From positions 12,586,001-12,650,000 of the forward strand of contig CM059432.1 in the NCBI GenBank assembly GCA_030390025.1: 64,000 nucleotides of DNA, given 5' to 3'. The translations under genes and the position numbers were made by a program. This document shows positions 23,676 through 37,168 of this stretch, one piece after another. Each line of letters begins with the position of its first letter. Within the stretch, counting starts at the first letter, position 1. The notes beneath the pieces were generated by a model. That model worked only from the letters and a program-made list of their open reading frames with translations. It was not told the origin of the DNA and did no database searches. The DNA comes from Squalus acanthias (taxonomy: Eukaryota).

Positions 23676-23926
23676 TTTGTTGGAAGTGAAGTGCTTTAGG
23701 ATGTCCTGAGAAAGTGATCAGTTGCTAATAAATGCATGTTCCTACTTTTTTTTAATTGCAATTTAATCACTGTTCCCTTGAAGCTACAGTGCAAAATGCA
23801 GGAGAATGAATGATTTGCACTTTAGAATAGTTTTGATTATAGCAAAAGGATCATTGTTCTGCTATGATTATTTTTTTATTCTAGACTGGGTCATTACTGA
23901 TAGAAATGACTTTTATAGGAATCAGT

Positions 23927-24059
23927 GGGGGTCATTTTGCCTTTGGGCAATAGAGTAAAACAGGTGATACCGGATCAGCTGTCCGTTATACATCTCTTCC
24001 CATTCTCATTCCATTGAATTCACTGTTTTACACTATCCACCAATGTCAAAGTGAACCCC
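23927..24059. mobile_element. Short degenerate MITE
   Basis: Inverted ends ggggtcattttg / caaagtgaacccc; related sequence at 54130-54220. Confidence 0.5.
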
Positions 24060-24536
24060 ACTGTCCTGCTATAAATGGCTTTTATTTTATAATAGGAATC
24101 CACTGTTCTAACATGAATAACTTTTATTCTGGAAAAGGGATTGTTCTGATACCAGATCAGTGACACAAAGCACTCTACTGTAATCAGCAACTGTTACAAA
24201 GATGAGTCTTATTGCCATTTCGTGGGATCAACCAACAGGCTGTCAATAAGTGGGACAAGGTGTAAGTTGAACAAAGCTTGTTGATCATAGACAATACTTT
24301 CTATAATCCTCTTTTTTTAAATCTGGTTTTATCTAGTATGCCTGTTATATTTAAAAATGACCTGCTTTGTTATTCACAGGTCTTAAAATGCTTCCTAGTT
24401 GCATGAAATACTGTCATTACCCGCCATGAAACTGAATGGAAAATAGTTTCAGTGGACATGTACTTGAGCTGTTTAATAAGTAAGCAAAGTGTTGCAAGGA
24501 ATGGTTGTTCGAAACTCACTTTTATTTTATAAATAT

Positions 24537-24680
24537 GAGAACATAAGAACCTAAGAAATAAGAGCAGGAGTAGGCCATTTGGCCCTTCGAGCCTGCTCTG
24601 CCATTCAATAAGATCATGGCTGATCTTCTACCTCATCGCCACCATCCTGCACTATCCTCATATCCCTTGATTCCCTTAAT
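24537..24680 (-). mobile_element. CR1 3' tail fragment
   Basis: aacataagaa repeats followed by ggagtaggccatttggcccttcgagcctgct, as in other CR1 tails. Confidence 0.8.
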
Positions 24681-25495
24681 ATAATATGTGCGCACGATAC
24701 AGTATGTTGGCTAACATCATCACTGAAGCTAACTAACCTTTCCTGACACAAAATTGTGTTTTTTTTAATGTCATTTGACCTCATAACCACTGAGTTCTTA
24801 GAAGTCTTTTGATGATGCAATGTTTTATTGTTAAGAACACACTTTGAACTAATCGCTTCTGGTCGCCTGAGGTCAAACATCAGCACATGACCTTTCATTT
24901 ACTAGGCAGGAATGTGGGGGGGTCATCGCTGTTCGTGAACTAATGCATATTTGCTCAGTGGAATGCAGTGCCATGAATACCGACAAGTAAATAATGTTCG
25001 TGATATGGTAGCCTTTAGAATTATTTGACAGAACATTAGCCAGTAACAATGCTCGACCTATTCGGGAATTGAATTTTATTGGTGCGACAGAAGGCATAAC
25101 GAATATCTCTCCATCCATCCATTTTATATTCTCCTTTGAAATTGCAAAAACATTTTAGTTTTGCACTTACTGTGGAACGTGGCAGTTATTGCTGTGCAGT
25201 TAGTTTTTCGGAGCTATGCACACGTCAACCTGGAAAATAGCACAACCTGACAACAGCTTATAAAAAGCTGACAAACCTTATAAAAGTAGACAGCTCAAAA
25301 GCAGCGTACGGCGTGCAATTAAAAGGTGCAGTGGGGCACGGGTTTGTCACTGCTTAAAGAAGCAGGTGAATCCACCAGTGCATCATTTGTATAGCAGACA
25401 ACTGTGGCAAAAACTACTGAGATTTCTGTGGAGGAATTATAAGCTATTGTGAATATGTGCTCTGTTGTTATATCTAAATGTCGAATTGTTTATAA

Positions 25496-25938
25496 GGGGG
25501 CTAAATTTGGTTGATTTGCGCCTCCCGTTAGCGGAAATTCAGCGGGAGGTTTGCGGCGGTCATCGCCGTGCGCAGCGCCCCACTCGCGCCCCGGCTGTAA
25601 TATTGGGTGGCGCCCCCCGGCTTATTGCCGGACGCTATGTCCGCCGGGGTCAGGGGGGCCTACCTGCGGCCGGGGCGGCGCTAGTTAAAGGGGAGGTGGC
25701 GGGCGGCCGTTTTTGTTGCTGGCCGCCTGCCAGCACCTGCCCCCCGTTGCTGTCCCCGGCCCCCGTGAAGCCCCGCGGGGTGCTGGCTGCTCTCCGCGAT
25801 ATTGGATCACAGCTTCCAGTAGCGCCCCTCCTCCCTCTCAGGGCACTACCTGGGAAAATCGGCCGCGACGGTGCTAACTTTTTCGGGGTGCTAAAATTAG
25901 CGCCCCGGCAAAAGGGGGCGCCACCCAATTTTTACCCC
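25496..25938. mobile_element. GC-rich PIF/Harbinger MITE
   Basis: TAA TSD at 25493-25495 and 25939-25941; TIRs ggggctaaatttgg / ccaatttttacccc. Confidence 0.85.
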
Positions 25939-25969
25939 TAAACGATTTATGCTGTTGTCAAGTGACATA

Positions 25970-26190
25970 GCGGTACTCTTCTCCCCCTCTCCCAGTTCAT
26001 GCGGGCATTCTTCCTTATACTCCTCAAACCTAGTTCATGTGGTACTCTTCTCCACTCTCCCCTCCATTCAAGTTAGTACTCCTTGCCTACCTCAGTCCAT
26101 GCTGACACTCTTCTCCTTCTCTCCCAAGTTCATGCTGACAGGCACCTCCCTCCGCCACTATCTTCCCTCTTCCCAGTTCACCCTCACTGC
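25970..26190. repeat. Degenerate pyrimidine-rich minisatellite (units of about 30-37 bp)
   Basis: Recurring actcttctcc...cccagttcatgc units. Confidence 0.55.
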
Positions 26191-26774
26191 TGTTCCCAGC
26201 CCCTATCCAACGCTGCTGCTGCCACAGGGAGTGGAAGTCTTGTACAGGCCGTGAACAAGAATTCCTTACAGAATCATACAGCACAGAAAGAGGCCATTCG
26301 GCCCATCGTGCCTGTGCCAGCTCTTTGAAAGAGCTGGCCGATTAGTCCCACTCCCCCCTGCTCTTTCCCCATAGCCCTGCAAATTTCTCCTTTTCAAGTC
26401 TATATCCTCGTCTTGCAAACTATTGCGAAAACTGCCACCCAAAGCATGTGCAAAAAAAAGGTCCATTCGCGGAGACAGCTTCAAGCGAAAGTGATGCTGA
26501 AGACTGCTGCTGGGAATGACACTGATTCTATCTGGAAATGTGGACAAGCAGACACAAGCCTAGATTTTCTTCATCCCCCTCAAACATAGTTCATGCCATT
26601 TTAATGCCAGCAGTAACCAATTTAAAATTAAAATAATGGCGATTGGAAAATCTAGACCACTGCCTTCAAAACACTGAAACACAGACGGTTAGCGAATATG
26701 CAGATACTCATTACATTAATGACACAAAACTCTTACTTGATAACCTCTATAGCTTTTGCATTAATGTCAATAGG

Positions 26775-27183
26775 TATATAGGGCCCTGGTGAGACCACAC
26801 CTGGAGTATTGTGTACAGTTTTGGTCTCCTTACCCAAGGAAGGATATACTTGCCATAGAGGGAGTGCAACGTAGGTTCACCAGACTGCTTCCTGGGATGG
26901 GGGGATTGTCCTATGAGGACAGATTGAGTAGACTAGGCCTATATTCTCTAGAGTTTAGAAGAATGAGAGGTGCTCTCATTGAAACATACCAAATTCTTAC
27001 AGGGCTTGACAGGGTAGATGCAGGGAGGATGTTTCCCCTGGCTGGGCAGTCTAGAACCAGGGGTCACAGTCTCAGAATAAGGGGTCGGCCATTTAGGACT
27101 GAGATGAGGAGAAATTTCTTCACTCAGAGGGTGGTGAATCTTTGGAATTCTCTACCCCAGAGGGCTGTGGAGGCTCAGTCATT
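26775..27183 (+). mobile_element. CR1 LINE fragment truncated at a Harbinger MITE
   Basis: RPHLEYCVQFWSP...WNSLPQRAVEAQS. Confidence 0.9.
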
Positions 27184-28022
27184 GGGCTGGATTTTCATTG
27201 ACCCGTGGAGGCGGGTTTGGAGGCGTGTGGGGTGTTAAAGTTGCAGATTCGGGGGTCCCGAACCCATCCCGCTCCCAACCCACCTCCATGCCAGTTTCAC
27301 AGGAGGCGGGTACCCGACCTGTGCTGGGACCCGCCTCCCCGAGGCGGGAAGGGAATTAGTGACAATTAACTGCCTATTAACGGGTAGTTAACAGGCAGTT
27401 TTTTGCCTAATCCCTATTTTAAAAGCTGAAATGTGGGCTTCCCGACAGGTCCCAATCACGCCAAGTTAGCGAGGCGGACCATGGGTCTGCAGGGGTTGGA
27501 GGGGTCGATATGTCCGGTGGGCAGGTGAGTGATGGGTGCATGTGTGCAGAGGTAAGTGTGTAAGGTAAGTGTAAAGTGTGGGAAAAAGTTTTACTTACCT
27601 TAACTTCCTCCTGCAGGTGTCAGCCCTTCAGGTCTCGGGAGTCAGAAATCTCACCGGCACAGAAAGCACAATGGCCGTGGTGCTGTCAAAAACTGCAGCC
27701 TTCTGTTTTCTGTGCTGGAATGATTTCTAACTTAGCCTGAGAGGAAGGACTCAAGTTAGAAGACAGATTGTCAGTGTTTGACAGCTTCAAGGAGCTGTCA
27801 AACACTGATATTTCATCTGTCAAAAGCTCTTGACAGATGAAATATCAATCTGTGACGTCACCTGTTGCCAGGTGGCCCTTGATTGGCCTGCTGAGCCCGC
27901 TGGGCGGGCTTAACAAGGTCAATCAAGTGAAAATGCAGTGGGTTGGCCACAAGTCGATGGAGGCAGGACTACAACCCAAAAAGTGGGAGTCCCGTCCCGT
28001 CCCCAGTATCAAAATCCAGCCC
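27184..28022. mobile_element. Non-autonomous Harbinger/MITE
   Basis: TIRs gggctggattttca / tcaaaatccagccc; flanks ATT and GTT; internal hairpins at 27771-27846. Confidence 0.85.
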
Positions 28023-28185
28023 GTTAACTCTGTTTCTCTTCTCCACAGATGCAGCCTGACCTGCCAAGTGTTTCCAGCATTTCCTGTTTTTATTACTCCA
28101 TGTATATTTATTTAAATAGATATACACACCACGATGAGTTTATGTAATATATGTGTGCTGTGTAGATTTGTGGTTTGTACTCAAT

Positions 28186-28882
28186 GGGCTGGATTTTCAT
28201 TGACCCGAAGAGGTGGGTTTGGAGGCGTGTGGGGGGTTAAAATTGCGAAAACTGGCGGGCGGGCACAAGCCCGCCTCCATCCCGCCTCCACGCAATTTTC
28301 ATTAAATCGTGTCTGCTGGTCCCGACTCCGTCCCGCTTCTAAGAGGCGGGATAGGCTGTTAAGGCCCTTAACAAGCACTAAATTGCCTCTATAATGCCAT
28401 TTTGAAAGGCCTTTGTGATTTTAACCCTTTTTCTACGTGAAGCACGCCTGTTCTGAACCACGAATGTGAAACCTGGTGGGAGCACGGCTGGCTGGCTGGC
28501 ATATCTGGGAGCGGTGGTGGTGGATGGGTGGATGGATGACATATCTGGGAGTGGTGGTGGATGGGAGACATATCTGGGAGTGGTGGTGCAAAAATATCTG
28601 GGAGCAGACTTAGGGCTGCTGCTGCTCATTTTGCATCCAGGTCCTCTCACAGCAAAGGCCAGGCAGTCTTTGCAGACCTTCAATGCAGCAGCAATGATGA
28701 CATCATCAGAGGTGACTTTCAGACTGAAAACACTAATTGGTTCATGGGTTCCCACATGCTGGAACTCAATTGCCCAATTAGGTGAAAATCGCATCAATCT
28801 CCCACATCCAATTGCAGTCGGGTGGATAACACGAAAAGTGGATGACACGACCCCAACCCGCGCCAGTATCAAAATCCAGCCC
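28186..28882 (-). mobile_element. Non-autonomous Harbinger related to the ends of copy A, with an internal atatctgggag(t/c)ggtggtg tandem repeat (about 28500-28605)
   Basis: TIR gggctggatttt at both ends, AAT TSD; both subtermini align with 13555-13780 and 16990-17378 in reverse. Confidence 0.88.
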
Positions 28883-29259
28883 AATGTATTATACAAGCTG
28901 CTTCTGCAACTGTATTGCGACTTTTAACATTGCATGATAAGTCAACCAGACAGCAAACCACCGACTGGGACAGAAAGGACAATGCGAATGTCAACGGCAT
29001 CGTAAACCTCATGAGGCAAAATGCGTTGCATAAAATATTCCTGCATTCCCCATGAGTAATAACAGGACTTGTCAGTAGGAATTCTTAACTCAACAACAAC
29101 AGCAACTCGCATTTATAATGCGTGTTTAACATAGTAAAACGTCCCAAGGCACTTCACATGATGGATTATCAAGCTGAAACAGCGACAGGGTGCGATCAAT
29201 CAGGAGAGGAATGGTTTGCCACCGCTCCTTTCCTCAGACTGATTTTAACCCACAAAATA

Positions 29260-30153
29260 GGGGTGAAAATTGGTCGGGGCAGGTTGCTCGGGCCCAGAAT
29301 CGGCACTGCGTAAGCGGAAAACCCAGGCGGGCCTGAATTTGGGCCTCAGGCTTCAGTTCAAGCTGCCGGTGCCTGCCGCGCCTCCACCGGTAGCTCAAAA
29401 ACGAATTTCGGATGAGACGTTAAACCGAGGCCCCATCTGCCCTCTCGGGTGGACGTATAAGATTCCCCACGGCACTGTTTTGAAGGAGAGCAGGGAAGTT
29501 TTCCCCGGTGTCCTGGCCAATATTTATCCCTCAGCCAACATCACTAAAAAAAAAACAGATTATCTGATCATTATCACATTGCTGTTTGTGGGAGCTTGCT
29601 GTGCGCAAATTGGCTGCCGCGTTTCCTACATTACAACAGTGACTACAATTCAAAAGTTCTTCATCGGTTGTAAAGCGCTTTGGGACGTCCTAAAGTCATG
29701 GAAGGCGCTACATGAATGCAAGTTCTTTCTTCTTTCTTTCTTTCTTTCTGTGACTCGCCGTTCCTCAGTTAGTGCTAGAAAGGGGGGAGAGGACAGCGAG
29801 AGGTGGGGAGGCGATCACAGCCAGCAGCAGCTTCCCCTGGCTACATATGAATTTAAAATTAAATTAAATTCATTTACCTTTTCGGTGGGGATTGATGCCT
29901 GCTTCGCTCAGGACAGCCCAATTGACCATGAGTGGTTCTAAAACAGGCGCTAGCCTCCTCATTAGCATATGCAAGGGGCCTAATGCTTGTTTTAGGTGGC
30001 CCACCCAGATGCCTGAACAATGGGCTGACCCAATTTCAGGTCGGATGCCTTTCAGTTGACCTTAGAGCGCTAGATGTTGGTCCCCGAAATTGGTCCTTGT
30101 TGTGCCCGTTTTACACCCTTAAAACAAGCACAGTGAGGTCCAATTTCTACCCC
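29260..30153. mobile_element. Harbinger MITE with a nested 5'-truncated SacSINE1/DeuSINE-like SINE (about 29405-29750, +)
   Basis: TIRs ggggtgaaaattgg / ccaatttctacccc, ATA TSD; the SINE matches 33075-33398. Confidence 0.85.
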
Positions 30154-30494
30154 ATAATCTCTTATACATCATTTGCAGAGAAAATAAATTCAAATTAATC
30201 TCGTTTCATCAACCTCTCCCACCTCAGTGAAGGGGGGGAAAAAACACTTGAAAATGTTACGCTTCAAGCTATTCCAGATACATTTTCTCATGCCTTACCC
30301 AAATGCAGGCTCCTGCAGGTAAGCCTGAACTGTGACGTGAAGTGACCATTTCTACAATTTCAAAGGTTCACCTTTTTTTCAACTGACGCGTCCAAATTTC
30401 GCCAGTGCTCTTAATTGCCGGAGGAAGAAGCCCAGAACTTGAAAAACAGACTGAATAATTCACAAAGCCACACTGCTTCACTCAATTAAACTGT

Positions 30495-30850
30495 CAAATG
30501 AATGCAGCCACTGTTGTCTTGTATGCAGATGTGGCAGCCAACATGGGCACAGCAAGATCCCACATACAGCAATGCCCAATCAATCTGTTTTGGTGATGTG
30601 GGTGAGAGTTGACTGTTGGCCAGGATACCAGCAGAACTCCCACCTCTCCTTTGAAAAAGTATCTTTTCCATCCACCTGAAATGACAGATGCAGCCTTGGT
30701 TTAAAGTCGCACTTAAAAGATGGCACCTCCAATAATGCAGCACTGCAAGAAGTGTCAGCCTAGATTATGTACTCAAGTCCTGGAGTGGGGCTTGAACCCA
30801 CAACCTTCTGATTCACAGGCAAGTGTGCGACCACTGAGACAAGTTGACGT
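30495..30850 (-). mobile_element. Degenerate SacSINE1/DeuSINE-like SINE
   Basis: Reverse match to 32935-33300. Confidence 0.75.
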
Positions 30851-32429
30851 CAGATCAAAACCAAAAATCTTTTCTCTAAAACTATCTAACCACAAATTCC
30901 TGCCATACCAATTGTCCTCCATTCTGCTCTGCTGTATAGCCTCATCCTCAAAGCTCACACTAAGAAAATACATAGGCCTATACTTTCTTTTGTTATCTCA
31001 CCCCCAACCTGGGTGGGACAATGACAGAAACAACAGTGAAAATTGAGTGTCGAGGCCTACCGCCAACTCTCCACACCAAATTTAATTTAGTTCCCGCTGC
31101 TCTCGCCAGGACCTCTGTCGGATGTTCCTTCACTGCCTGCCACATAAAAATGGCAGCAAAGAGGCAGGGCCCAAGGTCCAGGCCCATTTCCCCCTCCCAT
31201 CTGCCCCTCTTACCGCTGCTCCCCGGGACCGCAAGTGAAGCCTAGCAGTAGTTCCTGAGATAATGGCAGGAAGACCCCAAAGGCTCCTGATGGAGGAAGA
31301 GGGCCTATCTGCATTCTCTCATCTCTCCCTGTTTTGACCCGATCCCTTGCCTGTTGAGGACCTCAGTCATAGCCGATGGCCGGCTGCAACGTGGCTTAGC
31401 TTCTCGGGATCGCTGGTGGGGTCCAATGGACCGTGTGCTATTTCAGCACAAGCACGATGGGCCGAATGGCCTCCTTCAATGCTGTATGATTCTATGATTT
31501 TCTTATTCTTCCTATTATTTAATTTTTCCAGGGAGGTGAATCTCCAAGAAGAATTTCTAAGAAGAAAGTACTCTGTGAAATTTCTGCCCCAAGGTAATTT
31601 AACATTACAGTGTACATACACCAAATTGGTGGCACTTTCATTGTCCCAGTAGGATTAGAACCATGAATTTCTGTTGACTATTTCATTAATTTGTTGAGCA
31701 TCTGGTCAGTGTGAAGCTGTTGTCATTTTGGCAAATCTGGGACTAGGATGCATCTGGAGGCCATTAGATTGCAAGTGAGAACATGTTATAGTGACATTTC
31801 AGAAAATCAATTGTGTCGCAATGAGGTTAGTTCTGGAGTACGGCATGCAGTTTTGGTCATCTCACTTCAAGAAGAGATATATAGATACATTAGAAAAGGT
31901 TCAGAGAAGAATGACCAGCGTGATTCATGGAATTATGCTGCATAAAAAGGTTAAAGCGACTACACTTATTTACGCTGGAGAAAGGGGAAAGTATTAGCAG
32001 AAGAACCCAAAAATCTGTAGATTGTCCAACTTGACATGACAATAACAACTTGTAATTATCCAGTGCCAAATGTAGAAAAACATCTCAAAGTGGTGCGATG
32101 CACCTGCTGGTGACCTCCGCAAAGTATGCAGTGTCAGGGAAGGTCAACCAATTAACATAATCCGGCAAAGCACTGCTGCCGCTAGGGCTGCATCTCAGGC
32201 ACCCGCCAGACATCAGTTAAATATCCACCCAATTTCCTGGCACGTGCACAGGAATAACACTGACTCCCAAAACTGCCTGAATAAAATTGGTGTCCAGTGT
32301 TGCTTTCGGCTTGGTTGCATACGGAAGTGCATTAATAAAGGTCCGTAAGAATACTGAGGATGATTTTCCAACTTTTATTTCTTCCTTTTTCTTTGTCCGC
32401 ACTTAATTTGTCAGGAATCTTTGTGCCAA

Positions 32430-32870
32430 GTATTTTTTGGAATGTCCACAATGTTGTAATAATTGGCTGCCCCTGGAGAATTCCTATATTTGGAGAAAGA
32501 AGAGGAGCAATGGAAGGATGCCAGGCAGATCAGACTGCACCCAGCTGGTGGTACACTTACATTCACTTTTGCAGCCAAAGGCACGCCTAATCTGGATTTG
32601 GCCGAGAAGCTCTGTCTGCATCTTTCTCCAAATCACCCAGAAGGTAGTGAAAGGGCTGATCATATCCTGCAAGGGCACCTCCACCTCCAGCTGGTATGCA
32701 CCATAGGGCTGGCAGTGCCAGTGGCAATAACAGTCAGCTGTTCCCTCAGGTTCTCTGCCTCTACCTCATGTTTCAAAGCTTTGCCATGGGAAGGATGCCC
32801 TGCAATGGCAACCAGGGCCTCCCTCCTCCCTATTAGCTCAAGCAGCATGATCTCCACTTTGCCAGCCATT
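32430..32870 (-). pseudogene. Possible very old Harbinger transposase 5' remnant
   Basis: Weak peptide resemblance only (RLGVPLAAKVNVS versus the ALPVAVKVT motif). Confidence 0.25.
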
Positions 32871-32934
32871 AAATAGGAGGGTCAAGTCTTGCACTGGTCT
32901 ATCCCTTGACTAAAAACTCAGTGTCCTAATTCCA

Positions 32935-33398
32935 CATGGATCAGTTGGTGGCACCCTCGCCTCTGACGCAGCAGGTTGTGTGTTCAAGTTCCACACCAGA
33001 GACTTGAGCACACAATACAGGCTGACACTCCAGTGCAGTACTGAGGAAGTGCTGCACTATCGGAGGTGCCGTCTTTTGGATGAGACGATAAACCGAGGCC
33101 GCATCTGCTCCCTCAGGTGGATGTAAAAGATCCCATGGCACTATATCGAAGAAGAGCAGGGGAGTTCTCCCCAATGTGCTGGCCAATATTTATCCCTCAA
33201 CCACATCACTAAAAAACAGACTACCTAGTCATGATTACATTGCTGTTTGTGGGAGCTTGCTGTGCACAAATTGGCTTCCGCGTTTTCTACATTACAACAG
33301 TGACTACACTTCAAAAGTACTTCATTGGCTGTAAAGCACTTTGAGACATCCTGTTGTCATGAAAGGCACTATATAAATGCAAGTCTTTCTTTCTTCTT
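32935..33398 (+). mobile_element. Full-length SacSINE1/DeuSINE-like SINE
   Basis: tRNA-like head, central domain ggaggtgccgtcttttggatgagacgataaaccgaggcc, L2-like tail ggcactatataaatgcaagtctttct. Confidence 0.85.
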
Positions 33399-33976
33399 TT
33401 AGTTGAGGGGTCAAGAACAAAAGGCTGTGGAATTCACTTTCAGCTTTAAGGCAAAAAGATTCCAGATTCGATTGGATAGGTCGATGAAGGAAAAGGAGTT
33501 GAAGAGATGTGGGAATAGGGTGGGTAAATGTGATTAGAGCTATTTGATCGCATAGAGGGTAAACGCTGACACAGACTGGTTGAGCCGAATGGCCTATTGC
33601 CATGGTATAATTTTCTATGTATATGTAATATCTAGGGACTTCTCCTCATATGGACTCAAAGGCAGTATGTTAGGTGACTTCTCGTCTGTCTGCAGGTACT
33701 GGCACCAGTTGTGTGCACCGTTCTCCTGCAAGCAGATCGAAGGGGAGCTTATGCTGGATTAAGGGTGAAGGGATAATTACTAGTCCTAGCCCCTTTAGGG
33801 CTACCCCAGATCAGGCGTATTCCCCAGATGTTCACTTTCAACTAAAGTTTGAGGTAGCAGAATCTTAAAGATGCTTAATTGGGTCTAAAGGTCTGGACCA
33901 TCTCTCCCTAAAGGAAAGGAACAACCTGAAGATGTTACCGTCCTCCAGATAGCACTTTTAATAAGTTTAGCTAGAC

Positions 33977-35083
33977 TGTAATGTTCCAGATATTATGAGG
34001 GTCCTGAAAGCTCCCCCAGAATTCTGCAACTCCTCACCAATTAGTGTACAGAGATTGAGTTTGCGAGTTTGATACAGAAGTATTATGTGAGATAATTCTA
34101 AAAATATATAGATTTATTAAAGAACCGACATGTAATTACAGTTGGTGAGTCAATCGCAACATTAACAGTTCCAAAAACAGAAAGCTTACAATTCTATTAT
34201 CAGAGATCCTTATTCTCAAATCTTAACTTCGCTACAGTTTTACAGTTCTTAAAGTTTATTCAGGATATCCACCAAAATCAAATACAGTACCTTGATCCCC
34301 GAGATACAAAGAGTTGTAGACTTACAGAGCCTGCCTCTGAAGCCGAGAATCGCTTTGCCCCTTTACAGCGAGACTATTATCCCATTTGAAAGTTCAATAT
34401 TTATACCCTTTTTCAGTGGTATTTACTTTGAAGTTTTCTGCTGATGTAAGCTAATTATCTCTAGTCATTTTTCTGCTGACTCCTGCAATTCTTATAGTCA
34501 GATCAGCTGGCAGCATTAAGAATCGTGTCGCTACCCTAGGTGTCCGAAGCTTACCATAAAAAACGGTGTAACAGCAGGTGCATTTCATTTGATGTCATTT
34601 TTACTAAGGCCTTCTGTTTGTGCTCTTGAAATTAGAACACCTTAACTAGGGTGATCTATGCAATTCTCAGTCACTTCAGCTGGTTGCAATACAGAATGAT
34701 GTCTCCTGTGTAGGTGTCTTAAGCTTAACACAAAAACGGTGTGACGGCAGGTGTTTCTATTTGATGTCATTTTTACGAAGGCATATGTTTCTTAATTTTA
34801 TGTGCCTGTTTACGAAGTGTAACTTAGAACACCTTAACCAGGATGCACCATTGTCTTCTTTCCAAAGATTCAGACCGTCAAGAGCCTCCAACCTTCTGTT
34901 TCAATAAGGTTATTGATTCAGTGTCAACAACTATCTTATCTCTATTGCCAGAATACTACTACAGCTTTAGATTGTTGAGGCTTCCAGATTTCCAAACCCA
35001 GTTTGTCATGTTTTAATAAGGCCAGAATTCTTTCATAGAATGGTGTATTTTTCTGAATAGGTTATATGACTTATTCCTTCACA
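33977..35083 (-). mobile_element. Probable solo LTR
   Basis: Minus strand starts TGTGAA and ends TTACA; TATA-like gtataaat at about 34400; AATAAA at about 34115; tandem duplication in the putative U3. No clean TSD seen. Confidence 0.5.
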
Positions 35084-35847
35084 AGGGATCTGAGAGAGGC
35101 TGTGTGCCACCCAAATGCTCAGGGAAACAGCTATCTTAAGAACATGCAGTGTGCTGGCAGCAGGCTTGGTGTTTGTTGCTTGCTACAATTAATGGGCCAC
35201 AGGGCAAATGCTTTGTCTTGGCTACAATGCATATTTCCCTTCTTAAGACCTGGGCATGCCTTGGCATTTTGAAAGGACTTGAAAGTTTGCCAGCGTGCTG
35301 GTCATTCAGAATTAAACGCAACGTGAGGATAATCTCTTTGGGAGGTTCAAATCCCTGAGCTTTGCAGCTGAGAAAGGACAAGTAGGACACTGCTCCTCCA
35401 CTTGGTCCATCTCCCTTTGTATTCACCCTCCCTTAAATTATCTTACGTAAATCTCTCAGAAGTACTCGTGGTGGTGATTACAACAGGTGGAATGACCAGC
35501 ACAAGCTTCTTGGGTGACCTTGAAGAAGCTGCACCTACTTCTGGTGACATTCTAGAGAAGCAGAACAAGAAATGTTAGAATATTGCTCGTACAACACTGC
35601 GTCAAGGAGTGCTTAGATGGCAATGGTCTGCCTGTGCATGCTGCTGGCTTGCCTGTGTGATAGTGAGTGAGTAAGGAGTGAGGGACACAACTGCGAAAAC
35701 ATGGTAGTAGCCCTCAGCTGGCAGGAGGCCTCTGACTTCATTTTGCCCCATTCCCTCTGGGTTAATTGTTTTCAGGGTGGCCTCTTCGTTGATATTAGTG
35801 GTGTAAGATTAGTGGACTTTCCTTTGGAGCGGGTGCATTCCCTTCTG

Positions 35848-37168
35848 TTGTGGTACATTTTGGACCAAAAAAGGATAGATCAGAGTATTTTTTAAATGGT
35901 GAAAAGCTAGGAACAGTGGAGGTCCAAAGAGATTTAGGTGTCCATGTACACAGATCACTAAAATGTAGTGGTCAGGTACAAACAATAATCAAAAAGGCTA
36001 ATGGAATGTTAACCTTTATAACTAGAGGGCTAGAATATAAAGGGGAGGAAGTTTTACTACAGCTATACAAAGCCCTGGTTAGACCACATCTGGAGTACTG
36101 TGTACAGTTCTGGGCACCGCACCTTAGAAAGGATATACTGGCCTTGAAAGGAGTGCAGTCCAGATTCACTAGAATGTTACCAGGGCTCCAAGTGTTATGA
36201 GGAGAGATTACATAAACTAGGCTTGTATTCACTGGAATATAGAAGGTTAAGGGGTGATCTGATTGAGGTTTTTTTTAGGATTTTGAAAGGAATTGACAGG
36301 GTAGATAGAGAGAAACTTTTTCCGCTGGTGGGGGATTCAAGGACAAAGGGGACATCACCTTAAAATCAGAGCCAGGCCATTCAGGAGAGAAGTTGGGAAA
36401 CACTACTTCAGGCAAAGGGTGGTAGAAGTGCGGAACTCTCTCCCATAAACAGCAGTAGATGTTAGCTCAGTTGATAATTTTAAATCTGAGATCGGTAGAT
36501 TTTTGCTAGCCAAGGGTATTAAAGGATATGGAGCTGAGGAAGGAGGTTCTTGCCATGGAAGGAGTTCAGCGAAGATTCACCAGGCTGATACCTGGGATGG
36601 CAGGAATGACATATGAGGAGAGATTTGGTCGATTGGGCTTATACTCGCTGGAGTTTAGAAGAATGAGAGGGGATCTCATTGAAACTTATAAAATTCTGAA
36701 AGGACTGGACAGACTAGATGCAGGAAGGATGTTCCCGATGGTCGGGGAGTCCAGAACCAGGGGTCACAGTCTAAGGATAAGGGGTAAGCCATTTAGGACA
36801 GAAATGAGGAGGAATTTCGTCACCCAGAGAGTGGTGAACCTGTGGAATTCTCTACCACAGAAGGCAGTAGAGGCCAATTCATTAAATATATTCAAGAAGG
36901 AGTTGCATATATTTCTTAAGGCTAAAGGGATCAAGGGATATGGGGAGAAAGCAGGGACAGGGTACTGAGTTTGGATGATCAGCCATGATCGCATCGAATG
37001 GTGGAGCAGGCTCGAGGGGCCGAATAGCCTACTCCTGCTCCTATCTTCTATGTTTCTATGTTTCTATGTAAGGGAGGTGGATGGAGTTAGGATACCATCA
37101 GTTATGATCTCATTGAATGGCGGAACAGGCTAGAGGCACTGAATGGCCTCCTCCTGTTCCTATGTTCA
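35848..37168 (+). mobile_element. CR1 3' fragment with a second CR1 3' fragment nested at about 36533-37069
   Basis: ORFs 35850-36200 and 36528-36968; two separate tails (ctatgttt repeats at about 37050 and cctatgttc at about 37160). Confidence 0.9.

Noticed and set aside
25465..25941. 158-aa GC-rich ORF or CpG-island promoter
   Set aside because: It coincides with a MITE bounded by TIRs and a TAA TSD; high GC explains the lack of stops.
29270..29941. 223-aa ORF
   Set aside because: It runs through a MITE and a nested SINE, with no protein motifs.
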